From positions 1 to 64,000 of the IMG/VR virus record IMGVR_UViG_3300028862_000012: a stretch of 64,000 nucleotides of DNA; one strand, written 5' to 3'. A model generated the notes under the pieces. That model ran no database searches, was not told the DNA's origin, and was given only the letters and a program-made list of their open reading frames with translations. Position numbers and translations under genes: made by a program. How positions within the stretch are numbered: position 1 is the stretch's first letter; each line of letters opens with the position of its first letter. Below are positions 1-8,998 of the stretch, piece by piece.

Positions 1-1
1 A

Positions 2-247
2 TTTTTCTATTCCAAACCTTTCAGAAAAGCACACATCCGATCTATCATACTTTTCAATAACTTTATCCAGTTTAATAAATACATTTCCATTACCACAACC
101 AACATCAAGCATTCTATCTAGTCTATTATAATCAGAATTATTTTTAATATAATCTGCAAAGGCTTCAATCATTTGAATAGTAGTAGGATAAAATTCATAA
201 TCTGTATCAGATTCTTTTAATTGCTTTACTATACTTGCTGTTGTCAT
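2..247 (-). CDS. SAM-dependent DNA methyltransferase, N-terminal part (DUF4942-like), runs off the window
   Basis: Manual translation MTTASIVKQLKESDTDYEFYPTT...LDVGCGNGN...RFGIEK: FYPT motif plus SAM-binding motif I; open to the window edge. Confidence 0.7.
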   Translation of the reverse strand, partial: MTTASIVKQLKESDTDYEFYPTTIQMIEAFADYIKNNSDYNRLDRMLDVGCGNGNVFIKLDKVIEKYDRSDVCFSERFGIEK

Positions 248-294
248 GTTTTCCTTTATAGTTTACTTTATACTAAACTACTTATTTAAGTCAA

Positions 295-702
295 TCAAAA
301 ATTTATTCTATTTATAAGCTTTAATGAGGTTTTATCTGCAATGGCTTGATATTCAGATGAATAAACTAAGCTGGAGCTGTATTGAGTTATGGAAAAGTTA
401 TAGTGTTTTAAGTACTGTCGTTCCTGTTCAAGACAAAACCAATTATCTAACTGTTCTAATGATATAAATCCAAAGACAAAGTTTTGTTTATCACTACAAT
501 AAATATCATTTTTATAACATTTAAAAAGTGTATTATCATCTCCAAAAAGGGTTGGATGAGTTCTCATATACTGTTCATAGCGACAATCACAGGCAGTATT
601 GTCTAATACATCTTCCTTTTCAAGCCACTGCATAATAGTAAGTTCCAAATTATTAGTATATGGGCCTTGATGATCGAATGTTTCTACCCTGAAAAAGTTC
701 AT
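295..702 (-). CDS. hypothetical phage protein
   Basis: 135-aa ORF with an upstream TTGACA promoter-like site. Confidence 0.6.
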   Translation of the reverse strand: MNFFRVETFDHQGPYTNNLELTIMQWLEKEDVLDNTACDCRYEQYMRTHPTLFGDDNTLFKCYKNDIYCSDKQNFVFGFISLEQLDNWFCLEQERQYLKHYNFSITQYSSSLVYSSEYQAIADKTSLKLINRINF

Positions 703-844
703 ATAATTACTATATAGCTAGATTACTCTATTGTCAACTAATTTTTTACTAAAGTATCATATATTTTTTAACATATACTGTAGTTTCTACAGTTTTTCTA
801 AAGTTATTTTTATGCTAATATATAGAAGAAAAATGCTTTTTTGC

Positions 845-880
845 TTGACATTATTATTAGTTAGGTGTAAACTAATAATA
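845..880 (+). promoter_or_regulatory. sigma70-type promoter with an embedded 11-bp inverted repeat
   Basis: TTGACA(845-850)-17-TAAACT(868-873); tattattagtt/aactaataata palindrome; SD GGAG at 887. Confidence 0.7.
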
Positions 881-898
881 TGAATAGGAGATAAACAG

Positions 899-1834
899 AT
901 GACTAATTCGGTAGAGTTTATTGCCCGTTTTATTGAAAAGCTTGGTGACGTAAAAGATTGGGATCATAATGGAATAGTAAATGATCTTGGATTTCCCAAA
1001 GGATATTGTGTATGCGGTCATCCTATCCAGTTTGAATATGAACTTATTAACAAAATTAATGGTAAAAAAGCAGTTGTAGGGTCTGACTGCATAAACAACT
1101 TCAAAGAGTATTCTCCTGAACTTTTTGCATCTTTAATGGCAACTATTGAACGAGTAAAAAAAGAAGAGAAAGAAGCCAAATTGTTGCTTGAATCTGCTGA
1201 ACTTGAAACACTGAAAACCAAGTATAATTCCTTGTCAGATACCTTGGTTAGCTACTATCATGAACAGCGGTCAAAAAAAGTATGGGTAAGCCACGATGTC
1301 TATACTATGGTAAGTCTGGTTGAAAAAGATATTCCTGCAAAGAAAACCCTTCGCGGATATATAAGCTACTTAACCAAAAAGATAGCCGAAATCGAAAAAG
1401 TACTTGAAGTCAATAATATCATTCCGATGGATGTAAATGCTTTTGTTGAAGCATCCAAGGAAAAAGATGCTATTAAAGAAAGCATTAAATCTTTGGTTGG
1501 AGATGATCTTCCTAAAGTATTAAAATGCTTTAATAATAAGTCCTTGAAATATCCGCTTTATACCGTCTTAGAAAACTACACTACTTGCTTTACTGATAAC
1601 ACCTATTCTATCGAGGATCTTAAAAACCTTCTTAAAGTTATTGAAACTTTGAAGTATGACTTTACTAACAAAAAGATAGTAAAGTATGAAGCGAGTGGTA
1701 AAACTTATAACTATCGTGATTACTTCCATATGAGTAACTTCTGCTTTAATTATGATAAAAATGTATGGGAAAAATACGATTATTCTGGAAAAGATTTCAG
1801 CATACATGGCAAAATAACCATTACAATGGCTTGA
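899..1834 (+). CDS. hypothetical protein with N-terminal Cys/His metal-binding motif
   Basis: CVCGHPIQFEYELINKINGKKAVVGSDCI; strong SD and promoter. Confidence 0.7.
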   Translation: MTNSVEFIARFIEKLGDVKDWDHNGIVNDLGFPKGYCVCGHPIQFEYELINKINGKKAVVGSDCINNFKEYSPELFASLMATIERVKKEEKEAKLLLESAELETLKTKYNSLSDTLVSYYHEQRSKKVWVSHDVYTMVSLVEKDIPAKKTLRGYISYLTKKIAEIEKVLEVNNIIPMDVNAFVEASKEKDAIKESIKSLVGDDLPKVLKCFNNKSLKYPLYTVLENYTTCFTDNTYSIEDLKNLLKVIETLKYDFTNKKIVKYEASGKTYNYRDYFHMSNFCFNYDKNVWEKYDYSGKDFSIHGKITITMA

Positions 1835-1868
1835 CATATATTATTAGTTTAGTGTAAACTAATAATAT
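1831..1868 (+). promoter_or_regulatory. second copy of the palindromic sigma70-type promoter
   Basis: TTGACA(1831-1836)-18-TAAACT; perfect 13-bp IR atattattagttt/aaactaataatat; SD AAGGAG follows. Confidence 0.7.
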
Positions 1869-1882
1869 CAAAAGGAGATTAT

Positions 1883-2653
1883 ATGAAATACTTTACTAAA
1901 GCAAAGACAATCGAAGAAGCAAAAAGCTTATACAAAAAGCTTGCTATGGCAAATCATCCTGATATCAGCCTATCTCCTGAAGCAACAAAGATCATGCAAG
2001 AAATCAATGAGGAATTTGATATGGTATTCAAGTTCCTGAAAAGAAGTTATCCTGAAACAAGTAAAGCTTCTACTAACAGTGATACCTCTACCAGCTATCG
2101 CTCTGAGTTTTATACTCAAAACGGCTGGAAGGGTGAAAAGTATGATTCCAGCCTTCATGGAAAAGATATTGCAAAGCTGTTGCGCGAATATGTAAAGTTT
2201 GTATATCCGCTCTGGAAGTTCTCTATTACTTCCGACTACAACTCAATCGATGTTCATGTCATGGAAGGGCCATTTTTTATATATGTTCCAATGGAAGAGG
2301 CAAAACAAAAAATCAGAAGTTCTGGAAAACTTAGTAATTATTACAACAATGATGAGGCTTATATGCTTGAATGTCTTACTCGTGACTATGACTCTCCTAT
2401 TTCTCAGGTAAATCATTATCACATTGATGAAGATTATATGCTCACTGACTTTGCAAAATTGATGTTCAAAGACATTGATAGTTTTTTAGTTGACTATACT
2501 CGTGACGATTCCGATGCAATGATTGACTACTTCAATTGCAACTTGTATCGTAACCTTTCAGTAGGAAAATGGGATAAGCCCTTCACTGTAGTGGAAAAGA
2601 CTTTGCGCATTACTCCTACCAAAGAAGCAGGTGCAAAAAGACTAACTAAATAA
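1883..2653 (+). CDS. J-domain (HPD) plus LPD29-like polyvalent-protein domain
   Basis: KSLYKKLAMANHPD...MQEINEEF J-domain; KDIAKLLREYVK..YPLWKFSITSDYNSIDV resembles LPD29. Confidence 0.65.
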   Translation: MKYFTKAKTIEEAKSLYKKLAMANHPDISLSPEATKIMQEINEEFDMVFKFLKRSYPETSKASTNSDTSTSYRSEFYTQNGWKGEKYDSSLHGKDIAKLLREYVKFVYPLWKFSITSDYNSIDVHVMEGPFFIYVPMEEAKQKIRSSGKLSNYYNNDEAYMLECLTRDYDSPISQVNHYHIDEDYMLTDFAKLMFKDIDSFLVDYTRDDSDAMIDYFNCNLYRNLSVGKWDKPFTVVEKTLRITPTKEAGAKRLTK

Positions 2654-3232
2654 ACCTGCTTCAAGGCGTTCCTTTAATGAGCGCCTTGAATTTCTTTTCC
2701 ATCGATTTAGCGTTTGATTATCAGCAAGCTTAAAACCATAAGGAATTGTATAATAATCGTTTAAGTCGTATTCTATACCTTCATTCTTTTTAAACTTATT
2801 GAAGTCAATTAATAATTGAAGTACTGCTTTGTCTTTTGGCCTATTAGCTGATTTTTTTGATTTAATTATTCCTTCAATGGACATTACAGGATAATCACCT
2901 TCATACTTTTTATATTTAAATGCTTGCTTATAATTTTCAAATCCATCAGGTGCAAAGATAATATCAAGATCAAAAGGATCATTAAACTGTATAAAATCCT
3001 TGCCATGCAATATATCATGAATATCTTTATCGGATAGCTTAAAATCTAAATCAAGCAAAACTTCCACAAGTTTTTCACAATTAGATATATTTTTATCGGC
3101 ATAAATATCTATATCCTGAGTCATCATATTAAATCCCTGTAGTAAAGCACTACCACCGCCAATAATCATATATTCAATATGACTACTATTAAGCTTATGG
3201 ACAATGTTCTCTATAAAATCAGTATACTTCAT
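2642..3232 (-). CDS. nucleotidyltransferase (DUF6036/AbiEii-like fold)
   Basis: YMIIGGGSALLQG...TQDIDI and KSKKSANRPKD motifs. Confidence 0.7.
   Translation of the reverse strand: MKYTDFIENIVHKLNSSHIEYMIIGGGSALLQGFNMMTQDIDIYADKNISNCEKLVEVLLDLDFKLSDKDIHDILHGKDFIQFNDPFDLDIIFAPDGFENYKQAFKYKKYEGDYPVMSIEGIIKSKKSANRPKDKAVLQLLIDFNKFKKNEGIEYDLNDYYTIPYGFKLADNQTLNRWKRNSRRSLKERLEAGLFS
2660..2690. terminator. hairpin at a convergent gene junction (possible bidirectional terminator)
   Basis: TTCAAGGCG...CGCCTTGAA stem; lies inside the 3' end of the minus-strand NTase gene. Confidence 0.45.
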
Positions 3233-3244
3233 ACTATTATGATA

Positions 3245-3973
3245 CTACTTTTTACTTAATTGTTCAATGCTTACTTTCTGCATATGCAATTCTTTTACAT
3301 AATTATTCCAAAATTGGTCATTATATATAGTGGTAATTTCATTACTTAATCGATGGAGCATAACACGCTGAAAATAAGTAAATCGTTCTAAGTTAGTATC
3401 TTTCTCATCTAATAAACTTTTTGCCCTTCTAATTATCCGTATACATTTATCTTTATACTGACAGTTTTCAATGAATTCCATTACTCCATATTTAGGATTA
3501 AGCTTGTTAACTACTTCTAGTGCATCTTTTACTAATGAAGTCGGAACACAAAAATAAAATACATCAGGTTCATGATTAGCAATATCTTTTATTTTTTCTG
3601 TTCCTTTACCAAAGGCATATTTTATATTTTGGGTATAGGTTCCTTCTTTTAATTCTTGCTCATGCTTTTCTTTTTTATTATTTACTTCAAGTTTCGTTAA
3701 ATCATTTTTACTACATTTAACTTCTACTTCCCACACTTTATTTACTTTATATAATCTGCTTTCTACCGGTACAGTATACGGACTTGTACATTGCTTCTGC
3801 TCGATCATTAATACATCCATACGATAGCCCGTACCATAGGTTGCTTCATTACATACTAAAAATCCTTGAGAACGAAAATAGCTCTGACAAGCGGATTTTA
3901 TTACATAAGCATTAATTAGTTTATGATCTTTTTCTTTAATAGTTTTCTTTACATAGCTAAATGTTTTATTCAT
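3245..3973 (-). CDS. PD-(D/E)XK nuclease, MmcB-like
   Basis: RMDVL...WEVEVKCSKNDL...FYFCVP motif pattern. Confidence 0.6.
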   Translation of the reverse strand: MNKTFSYVKKTIKEKDHKLINAYVIKSACQSYFRSQGFLVCNEATYGTGYRMDVLMIEQKQCTSPYTVPVESRLYKVNKVWEVEVKCSKNDLTKLEVNNKKEKHEQELKEGTYTQNIKYAFGKGTEKIKDIANHEPDVFYFCVPTSLVKDALEVVNKLNPKYGVMEFIENCQYKDKCIRIIRRAKSLLDEKDTNLERFTYFQRVMLHRLSNEITTIYNDQFWNNYVKELHMQKVSIEQLSKK

Positions 3974-3986
3974 ATAATAATAGTGA

Positions 3987-4523
3987 CTATTGTATAATAT
4001 GTAAGTTTAGAGTATTAACAATTTCTTCTGTATACGGTTCAACAAAGGTATCTATAAATTGCAATATTTCTTCTTCTAATCGATCCTGAATAAAAGCAGT
4101 GGATGGTTTCTGCCATTTATTTTCTTTATATTGACTTATATCAGAACTACCTAAAAGCTTTCCTTCATGAGTATAATTATTTATACTAAATTGTTTTTTG
4201 CTTTCTTCAATTGTTATATAAACACTATAGTCATCCATTCCGTCATATAGTCCTACACTGTACTGAATGTTTTTATTTTTATGTAAGTTCTCTGGATAAC
4301 TTTCTTTCTTCTTACTATCGTCACTTGCACTTTTTATAGCATCTTTAAATTTTCCCCATAGCATACCCATCTCTTCAGGGGTCATTTTTTCACTATCCCC
4401 TTTAGTATCCTTTATAACACTTCCACGGCTTGCATAAAATATGGCAGTAGCTTGATCTTTTTCTATACCTTGCTTATCAGCATAGTTAATAAAACTATCA
4501 ATATTAAAATCTTTGTCTGCCAT
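3987..4523 (-). CDS. hypothetical protein
   Basis: ORF in a tightly packed run. Confidence 0.6.
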   Translation of the reverse strand: MADKDFNIDSFINYADKQGIEKDQATAIFYASRGSVIKDTKGDSEKMTPEEMGMLWGKFKDAIKSASDDSKKKESYPENLHKNKNIQYSVGLYDGMDDYSVYITIEESKKQFSINNYTHEGKLLGSSDISQYKENKWQKPSTAFIQDRLEEEILQFIDTFVEPYTEEIVNTLNLHIIQ

Positions 4524-4549
4524 AATTATCCTTTATAAAATAAATCTAA

Positions 4550-4864
4550 TTATACATTATAGTCATTAATAAAATACTTTTTAGATTCAGCTATATCACA
4601 TTCTGCATTAAGTACTTTTCTTAGCGCGGCTTGTATTGCATCATAAAAGTATTCATAATTTTCTTGGCGACCGCCTAGATCTTTTCCAGCATCAAAAACA
4701 ATAGGGTATTTTTCTACTATTTCATCTGTTAATGCATTAATCATAGTACTCTGTTTTTTAAACATTTTATAAAAAACTTCAAAAGTTTCTGTAGTTACAT
4801 CATATACATCAACATTAGCAGGTTTACGATCTAATAGTTCATTAATTGTATCTTTTTCTTTCAT
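4550..4864 (-). CDS. hypothetical protein
   Basis: ORF with SD (AAGGA). Confidence 0.6.
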   Translation of the reverse strand: MKEKDTINELLDRKPANVDVYDVTTETFEVFYKMFKKQSTMINALTDEIVEKYPIVFDAGKDLGGRQENYEYFYDAIQAALRKVLNAECDIAESKKYFINDYNV

Positions 4865-4883
4865 AATTTTTCCTTTTTAATCT

Positions 4884-6086
4884 TTATTTATACGACCAGT
4901 CACGAGTGTTAAAGACTGCACCTAGGCTATACTGACCACTATCAATTTTAGTATACCAATCTTTTTCATATTTTACTTCATTAGTTTTATTACTAATAAT
5001 ATAATGGCCGCTTCCATTATAATCATCATGTATATACACAATACTATCACCATTCAAGGTTCTGTTTCCAGTTTTAATAGCTTCTGCTAAATCCTGACCA
5101 CTTACGATTATTCCTACTCCACCCATGCCCCCATAAGTAGCATTAGAAATTACTTCAAGTGCTTCTTTTTCTTTAAATCCAGACTTAGTTACATAATCAA
5201 CAAACTTTTGAACTTCTTCTGCTAAAGATCCATCTTCATTATAAAGATCACTCATATCAGGAATTTCAAATTCAGTTGCATCCTTCATAAAAAGACTTAC
5301 TGGCATTAAGTCATCATAATTATAAACTGCTTTAGCATCAATAGCATCCATCAACTCTTGTATCTCATCAGAATAATCATCAATTAAAGCATTAACTTCA
5401 GGTAATTCATTCTGACGTAGTAATGATTCCAAAATTCCATCTTTAACATTTTCAATATAGTCACTATTTTGATCTAGGTAGTCATCAAAATTACCCTCTT
5501 TCATATATTCAACAATAGATTTTACACTAAAAGTATCACCTGATCCTTGAGTATCAAACATACTGTATGTGCGCATCTTTTTAATTTGATTTTCCAAGTC
5601 TTTCCAATCAGGTTCTCGTGTAGCAATACCATTATCAATAGGCCAATCAATTCCTTTAGTAACAAGATCTTCAATATCTTTTACAGAATATTCTTTTAAC
5701 TGCTTAGAAATAAATTCTTGAGCTTCTTGTATATCATATCCCTCATGTTTCCAGTCCCATTGAGTAAGAACTTCTTTAAAAGCATCATCATAATCTATAG
5801 ATTCCATTACATAGTCAGTATCTTTGTCATGAAATACAAAGAAAGTTTTTCTATCTTTAAACTTATCTGTAATTTTTTCTACAATTCTATCTATTTTGTG
5901 CTGTCTGATAAACTGTTCTTTTTTCTTATCATTTTTTTCTTTGTCAGAATCTTTGTCATCTTTTTTATCATCCTTTTTAGGATCAGCAACTTTCTTTTTA
6001 CAACTCATGCAATAACCTGTATTTACTAAATACTTTGAACCACATTTAGGGCATTTAGCCGTTTCTGCGTCTTCTATTAATTTCAT
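4884..6086 (-). CDS. acidic hypothetical protein with N-terminal Zn ribbon
   Basis: CPKC...CMSC followed by a KD-rich linker. Confidence 0.65.
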   Translation of the reverse strand: MKLIEDAETAKCPKCGSKYLVNTGYCMSCKKKVADPKKDDKKDDKDSDKEKNDKKKEQFIRQHKIDRIVEKITDKFKDRKTFFVFHDKDTDYVMESIDYDDAFKEVLTQWDWKHEGYDIQEAQEFISKQLKEYSVKDIEDLVTKGIDWPIDNGIATREPDWKDLENQIKKMRTYSMFDTQGSGDTFSVKSIVEYMKEGNFDDYLDQNSDYIENVKDGILESLLRQNELPEVNALIDDYSDEIQELMDAIDAKAVYNYDDLMPVSLFMKDATEFEIPDMSDLYNEDGSLAEEVQKFVDYVTKSGFKEKEALEVISNATYGGMGGVGIIVSGQDLAEAIKTGNRTLNGDSIVYIHDDYNGSGHYIISNKTNEVKYEKDWYTKIDSGQYSLGAVFNTRDWSYK

Positions 6087-6096
6087 AATTTATCCT

Positions 6097-6426
6097 TTAT
6101 TTATTCTCATAGCTATTTACAAAATCTTTACCATCATCTATGGAAAATACGACTGCACTATTATTCCTAAATATTAATGATACCATTAAACTGTCTTCTT
6201 TTCCATCTGTAAACCAAATTTCTTCTACATCTTTTAAAGAAAAAGATGCTTCAGAATCTTTTGACTTAAATTCAATAGCATAGTTTTTACAAGCTAAAAC
6301 GCCAGACGATTTAATAGTAAACATACCTTGAAAAGATATTCTACTTACTTTAGTATTAAATAGTTTATTTATAAAATATAAATCTTCTCTATCAGAAATA
6401 GTAAATATCCTGTTGTTATTTTCCAT
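6097..6426 (-). CDS. hypothetical protein
   Basis: ORF overlapping the upstream stop codon. Confidence 0.6.
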   Translation of the reverse strand: MENNNRIFTISDREDLYFINKLFNTKVSRISFQGMFTIKSSGVLACKNYAIEFKSKDSEASFSLKDVEEIWFTDGKEDSLMVSLIFRNNSAVVFSIDDGKDFVNSYENK

Positions 6427-6694
6427 TACTATTACCCTTACCCTTTATTTCTATATCTCTATGTGGGTCAACCGTATTACAATATTTACATACCATATAA
6501 ATAGGAGTATATGTATGACATACCCTACATTCTGCCTCTGGAAAAGGTTTTGAATAATCTACTACAGGTTTTGCATTAGTCTGTTCTACTAATCGCTGTG
6601 TTTCTTTATTTCTTAACTCTCGCTCTGCTATTGTTACTCTAGGTCGAACAATTAGTTCAGGTATTATAACTTCTTCTACTTTCTTTTTTGCCAT
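6416..6694 (-). CDS. small Zn-ribbon protein
   Basis: CRVC...CKYC. Confidence 0.55.
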   Translation of the reverse strand: MAKKKVEEVIIPELIVRPRVTIAERELRNKETQRLVEQTNAKPVVDYSKPFPEAECRVCHTYTPIYMVCKYCNTVDPHRDIEIKGKGNSNGK

Positions 6695-7260
6695 TACTGT
6701 ATCCAGATTTTAATAAAAGTATCAGAGTCATAACTAACAATGAAAAACTCTTCTGCTACATACCAATCATTAATTTTATCAATATCGAGTAGTATGTTTC
6801 CATTATTAGTATATAATATAACTGTTCGTATAGAAACCATCACTGATTTTACTCTCATAATTTTACTACGGCTATCAGAATAAAACAATGGACAACTTAA
6901 TTCAATACCTTTTGCCTCTTCAATCATATTCGAGAAAGTATCAATATCCTGTTTGGTAAAAGGTTTATAGTTATCACTTTCTATATAAACTTGCTTATCA
7001 GATATACTTTCGTTTAAATCTTTTTTTATATCAGGAAAACTATCTAAAATATTTCTATACTCATCATAATCTTCTTGAGTACGGATTACTGTAAATATAG
7101 GACTAAACTTAGCAATTCTCTTTTTCAAAAATAAATCAATAAACTTATCAAGTCTATAAATTGCTATATTAGTTACTTCTCGCTCTGTTACTTTACTAAT
7201 ACCAGTATCAGTAGCTTTAAGCCATAATTCTGTATCTTCTTTTATAAAAAGGTTTTCCAT
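6694..7260 (-). CDS. hypothetical protein
   Basis: ORF preceded by SD and the TAACTATTA motif. Confidence 0.6.
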   Translation of the reverse strand: MENLFIKEDTELWLKATDTGISKVTEREVTNIAIYRLDKFIDLFLKKRIAKFSPIFTVIRTQEDYDEYRNILDSFPDIKKDLNESISDKQVYIESDNYKPFTKQDIDTFSNMIEEAKGIELSCPLFYSDSRSKIMRVKSVMVSIRTVILYTNNGNILLDIDKINDWYVAEEFFIVSYDSDTFIKIWIQ

Positions 7261-7326
7261 TATTTAAATCCTTAAAAATATTTCTGTATCTATATAATAG
7301 TTAGTATTTTGAAAAAAGGTAGAAAA

Positions 7327-8991
7327 CTATCCTTTAATTTTATCTTTTACTAATGAATATTCTTCATCAGAAATAAATTCAAACAGATATCCTTTTACAA
7401 ATTTTTTCGTTTTACATCCTTTAGTTACATTAGAAGAATAAATGGAAATATCTAATATAGATATTGAGTTTTTACTTATGTAATTAGCTGATTTATAATA
7501 TCCTAATAATTTATTATCTTTATACACTTTAATAGGACGATGCTTATTAGGAATATCTATAATATTAGTATTTTTAAATAGATTTAGTTCATTTCTATTT
7601 TCTTCCAACTCATCTTTATTCATTACTTTAAAAGAAAATCCTTTATGCACTGAATTATTTTTAATACTATCAGTTATATTATTTGTTATAAGACTTATAT
7701 TAAAATTAGTTTCTAATAGCCTTATAAACTCTGCACAAGTACTAAAATACCCAATAAAATTATTTTTAAACCAAACTTCAATTGGAGTTCTATTAAAATA
7801 TTTTGAGTCTTTATCAAAAAATATAATACTTTTAGGAAATTCAATTAATTTAAATTTTTCATAATCCTCTTTAGATAAAGCTTTAAAAGACAGTCCTTTA
7901 GTAATAATTCTATCTCCCCTTATACAGGCAGAAATATTACCAGCATCTAATTTAAGTCCAAATGCTTCAAAACTTTTATTAGCACAATCTTTAGCGCATT
8001 CAAACACACCTATAAGCTTTTCATTTTTATAAGACCCTACAGGAACTAATTCTTCTTTAACTACATTTGACCACCCAAATTTATAGCCTTTAATTAAATA
8101 CTTTTGAATAGTGCGTTCTCTTAATCTTGTTTCTTTTGAAATTTCTTCTTTAGACTTTCCCTGCATATATAATTCACATACATATTTAACAAAATTACCT
8201 GTTGCAAACTTATCTACTTCAAACCAATCTATTATAGATAAGTCTAATATATTATTTAATTTAGAAGTTAAAACATTATTTTTTATAAATTCTAATTTAG
8301 AAGTTAAACAATTAATTCTTATAACTTCTATATTATTATTCTTTGCACATAAGTCTTTCTGCCTATCAATAGCCCTAACTTCTTCTTTTGACATTCCATT
8401 CATATCATTATTTTTATAATGAAAAGCACCATCCATTTCAACAATATATTTTTTATTGTCTAATTCAAAATAAAAATCATAACGTCCATGTCTAATAGAA
8501 GAGTCTATTATATAAGTACACCATTCAGGATTATATTCAGAATAGAAATATACATTTAGACTATTTAAAATATAAGTCATTAATTTTTCAGGATATGATA
8601 TAGAATCTTTACACTTACACTCCAAGGCATTTCGACATATATCTCTTATTGCAGTAGGCTTACTGAGCTTTCCGCAAAAAGGACAAATAAATTGTAATTT
8701 ATCTCCATCTGACTTCATATATTTTTTTGCATCTTCTGGATTTTGAAATAATTTTCTTAATTCTGGATATTTTACCCATACAGAATTTCTTTCCGGTAAT
8801 CGCTTTTTACAAGTACAACAATCACATACTAATCTTTTATCTGTAAAAGATCTATAACCTTTAGTATCTATAAATCCACAAATATTACATTTAAAAGTAC
8901 ATTTAAGAGTATTACCTTTTTTAAAATAATCTAATATAGTTACTGAAGTATTATTTATATTAACAACTTCTCCAATTGAATAAGTAATCAT
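7327..8991 (-). CDS. free-standing homing endonuclease-like protein (Zn fingers, Vsr/PD-(D/E)XK domain, NUMOD1-like repeats)
   Basis: CNIC/CPFC Zn motifs; RYDFYF...IVEMDGAFH; three K(L/F)IG.F/Y repeats; directly downstream of polA. Confidence 0.7.
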   Translation of the reverse strand: MITYSIGEVVNINNTSVTILDYFKKGNTLKCTFKCNICGFIDTKGYRSFTDKRLVCDCCTCKKRLPERNSVWVKYPELRKLFQNPEDAKKYMKSDGDKLQFICPFCGKLSKPTAIRDICRNALECKCKDSISYPEKLMTYILNSLNVYFYSEYNPEWCTYIIDSSIRHGRYDFYFELDNKKYIVEMDGAFHYKNNDMNGMSKEEVRAIDRQKDLCAKNNNIEVIRINCLTSKLEFIKNNVLTSKLNNILDLSIIDWFEVDKFATGNFVKYVCELYMQGKSKEEISKETRLRERTIQKYLIKGYKFGWSNVVKEELVPVGSYKNEKLIGVFECAKDCANKSFEAFGLKLDAGNISACIRGDRIITKGLSFKALSKEDYEKFKLIEFPKSIIFFDKDSKYFNRTPIEVWFKNNFIGYFSTCAEFIRLLETNFNISLITNNITDSIKNNSVHKGFSFKVMNKDELEENRNELNLFKNTNIIDIPNKHRPIKVYKDNKLLGYYKSANYISKNSISILDISIYSSNVTKGCKTKKFVKGYLFEFISDEEYSLVKDKIKG

Positions 8992-8998
8992 TTTTTCC

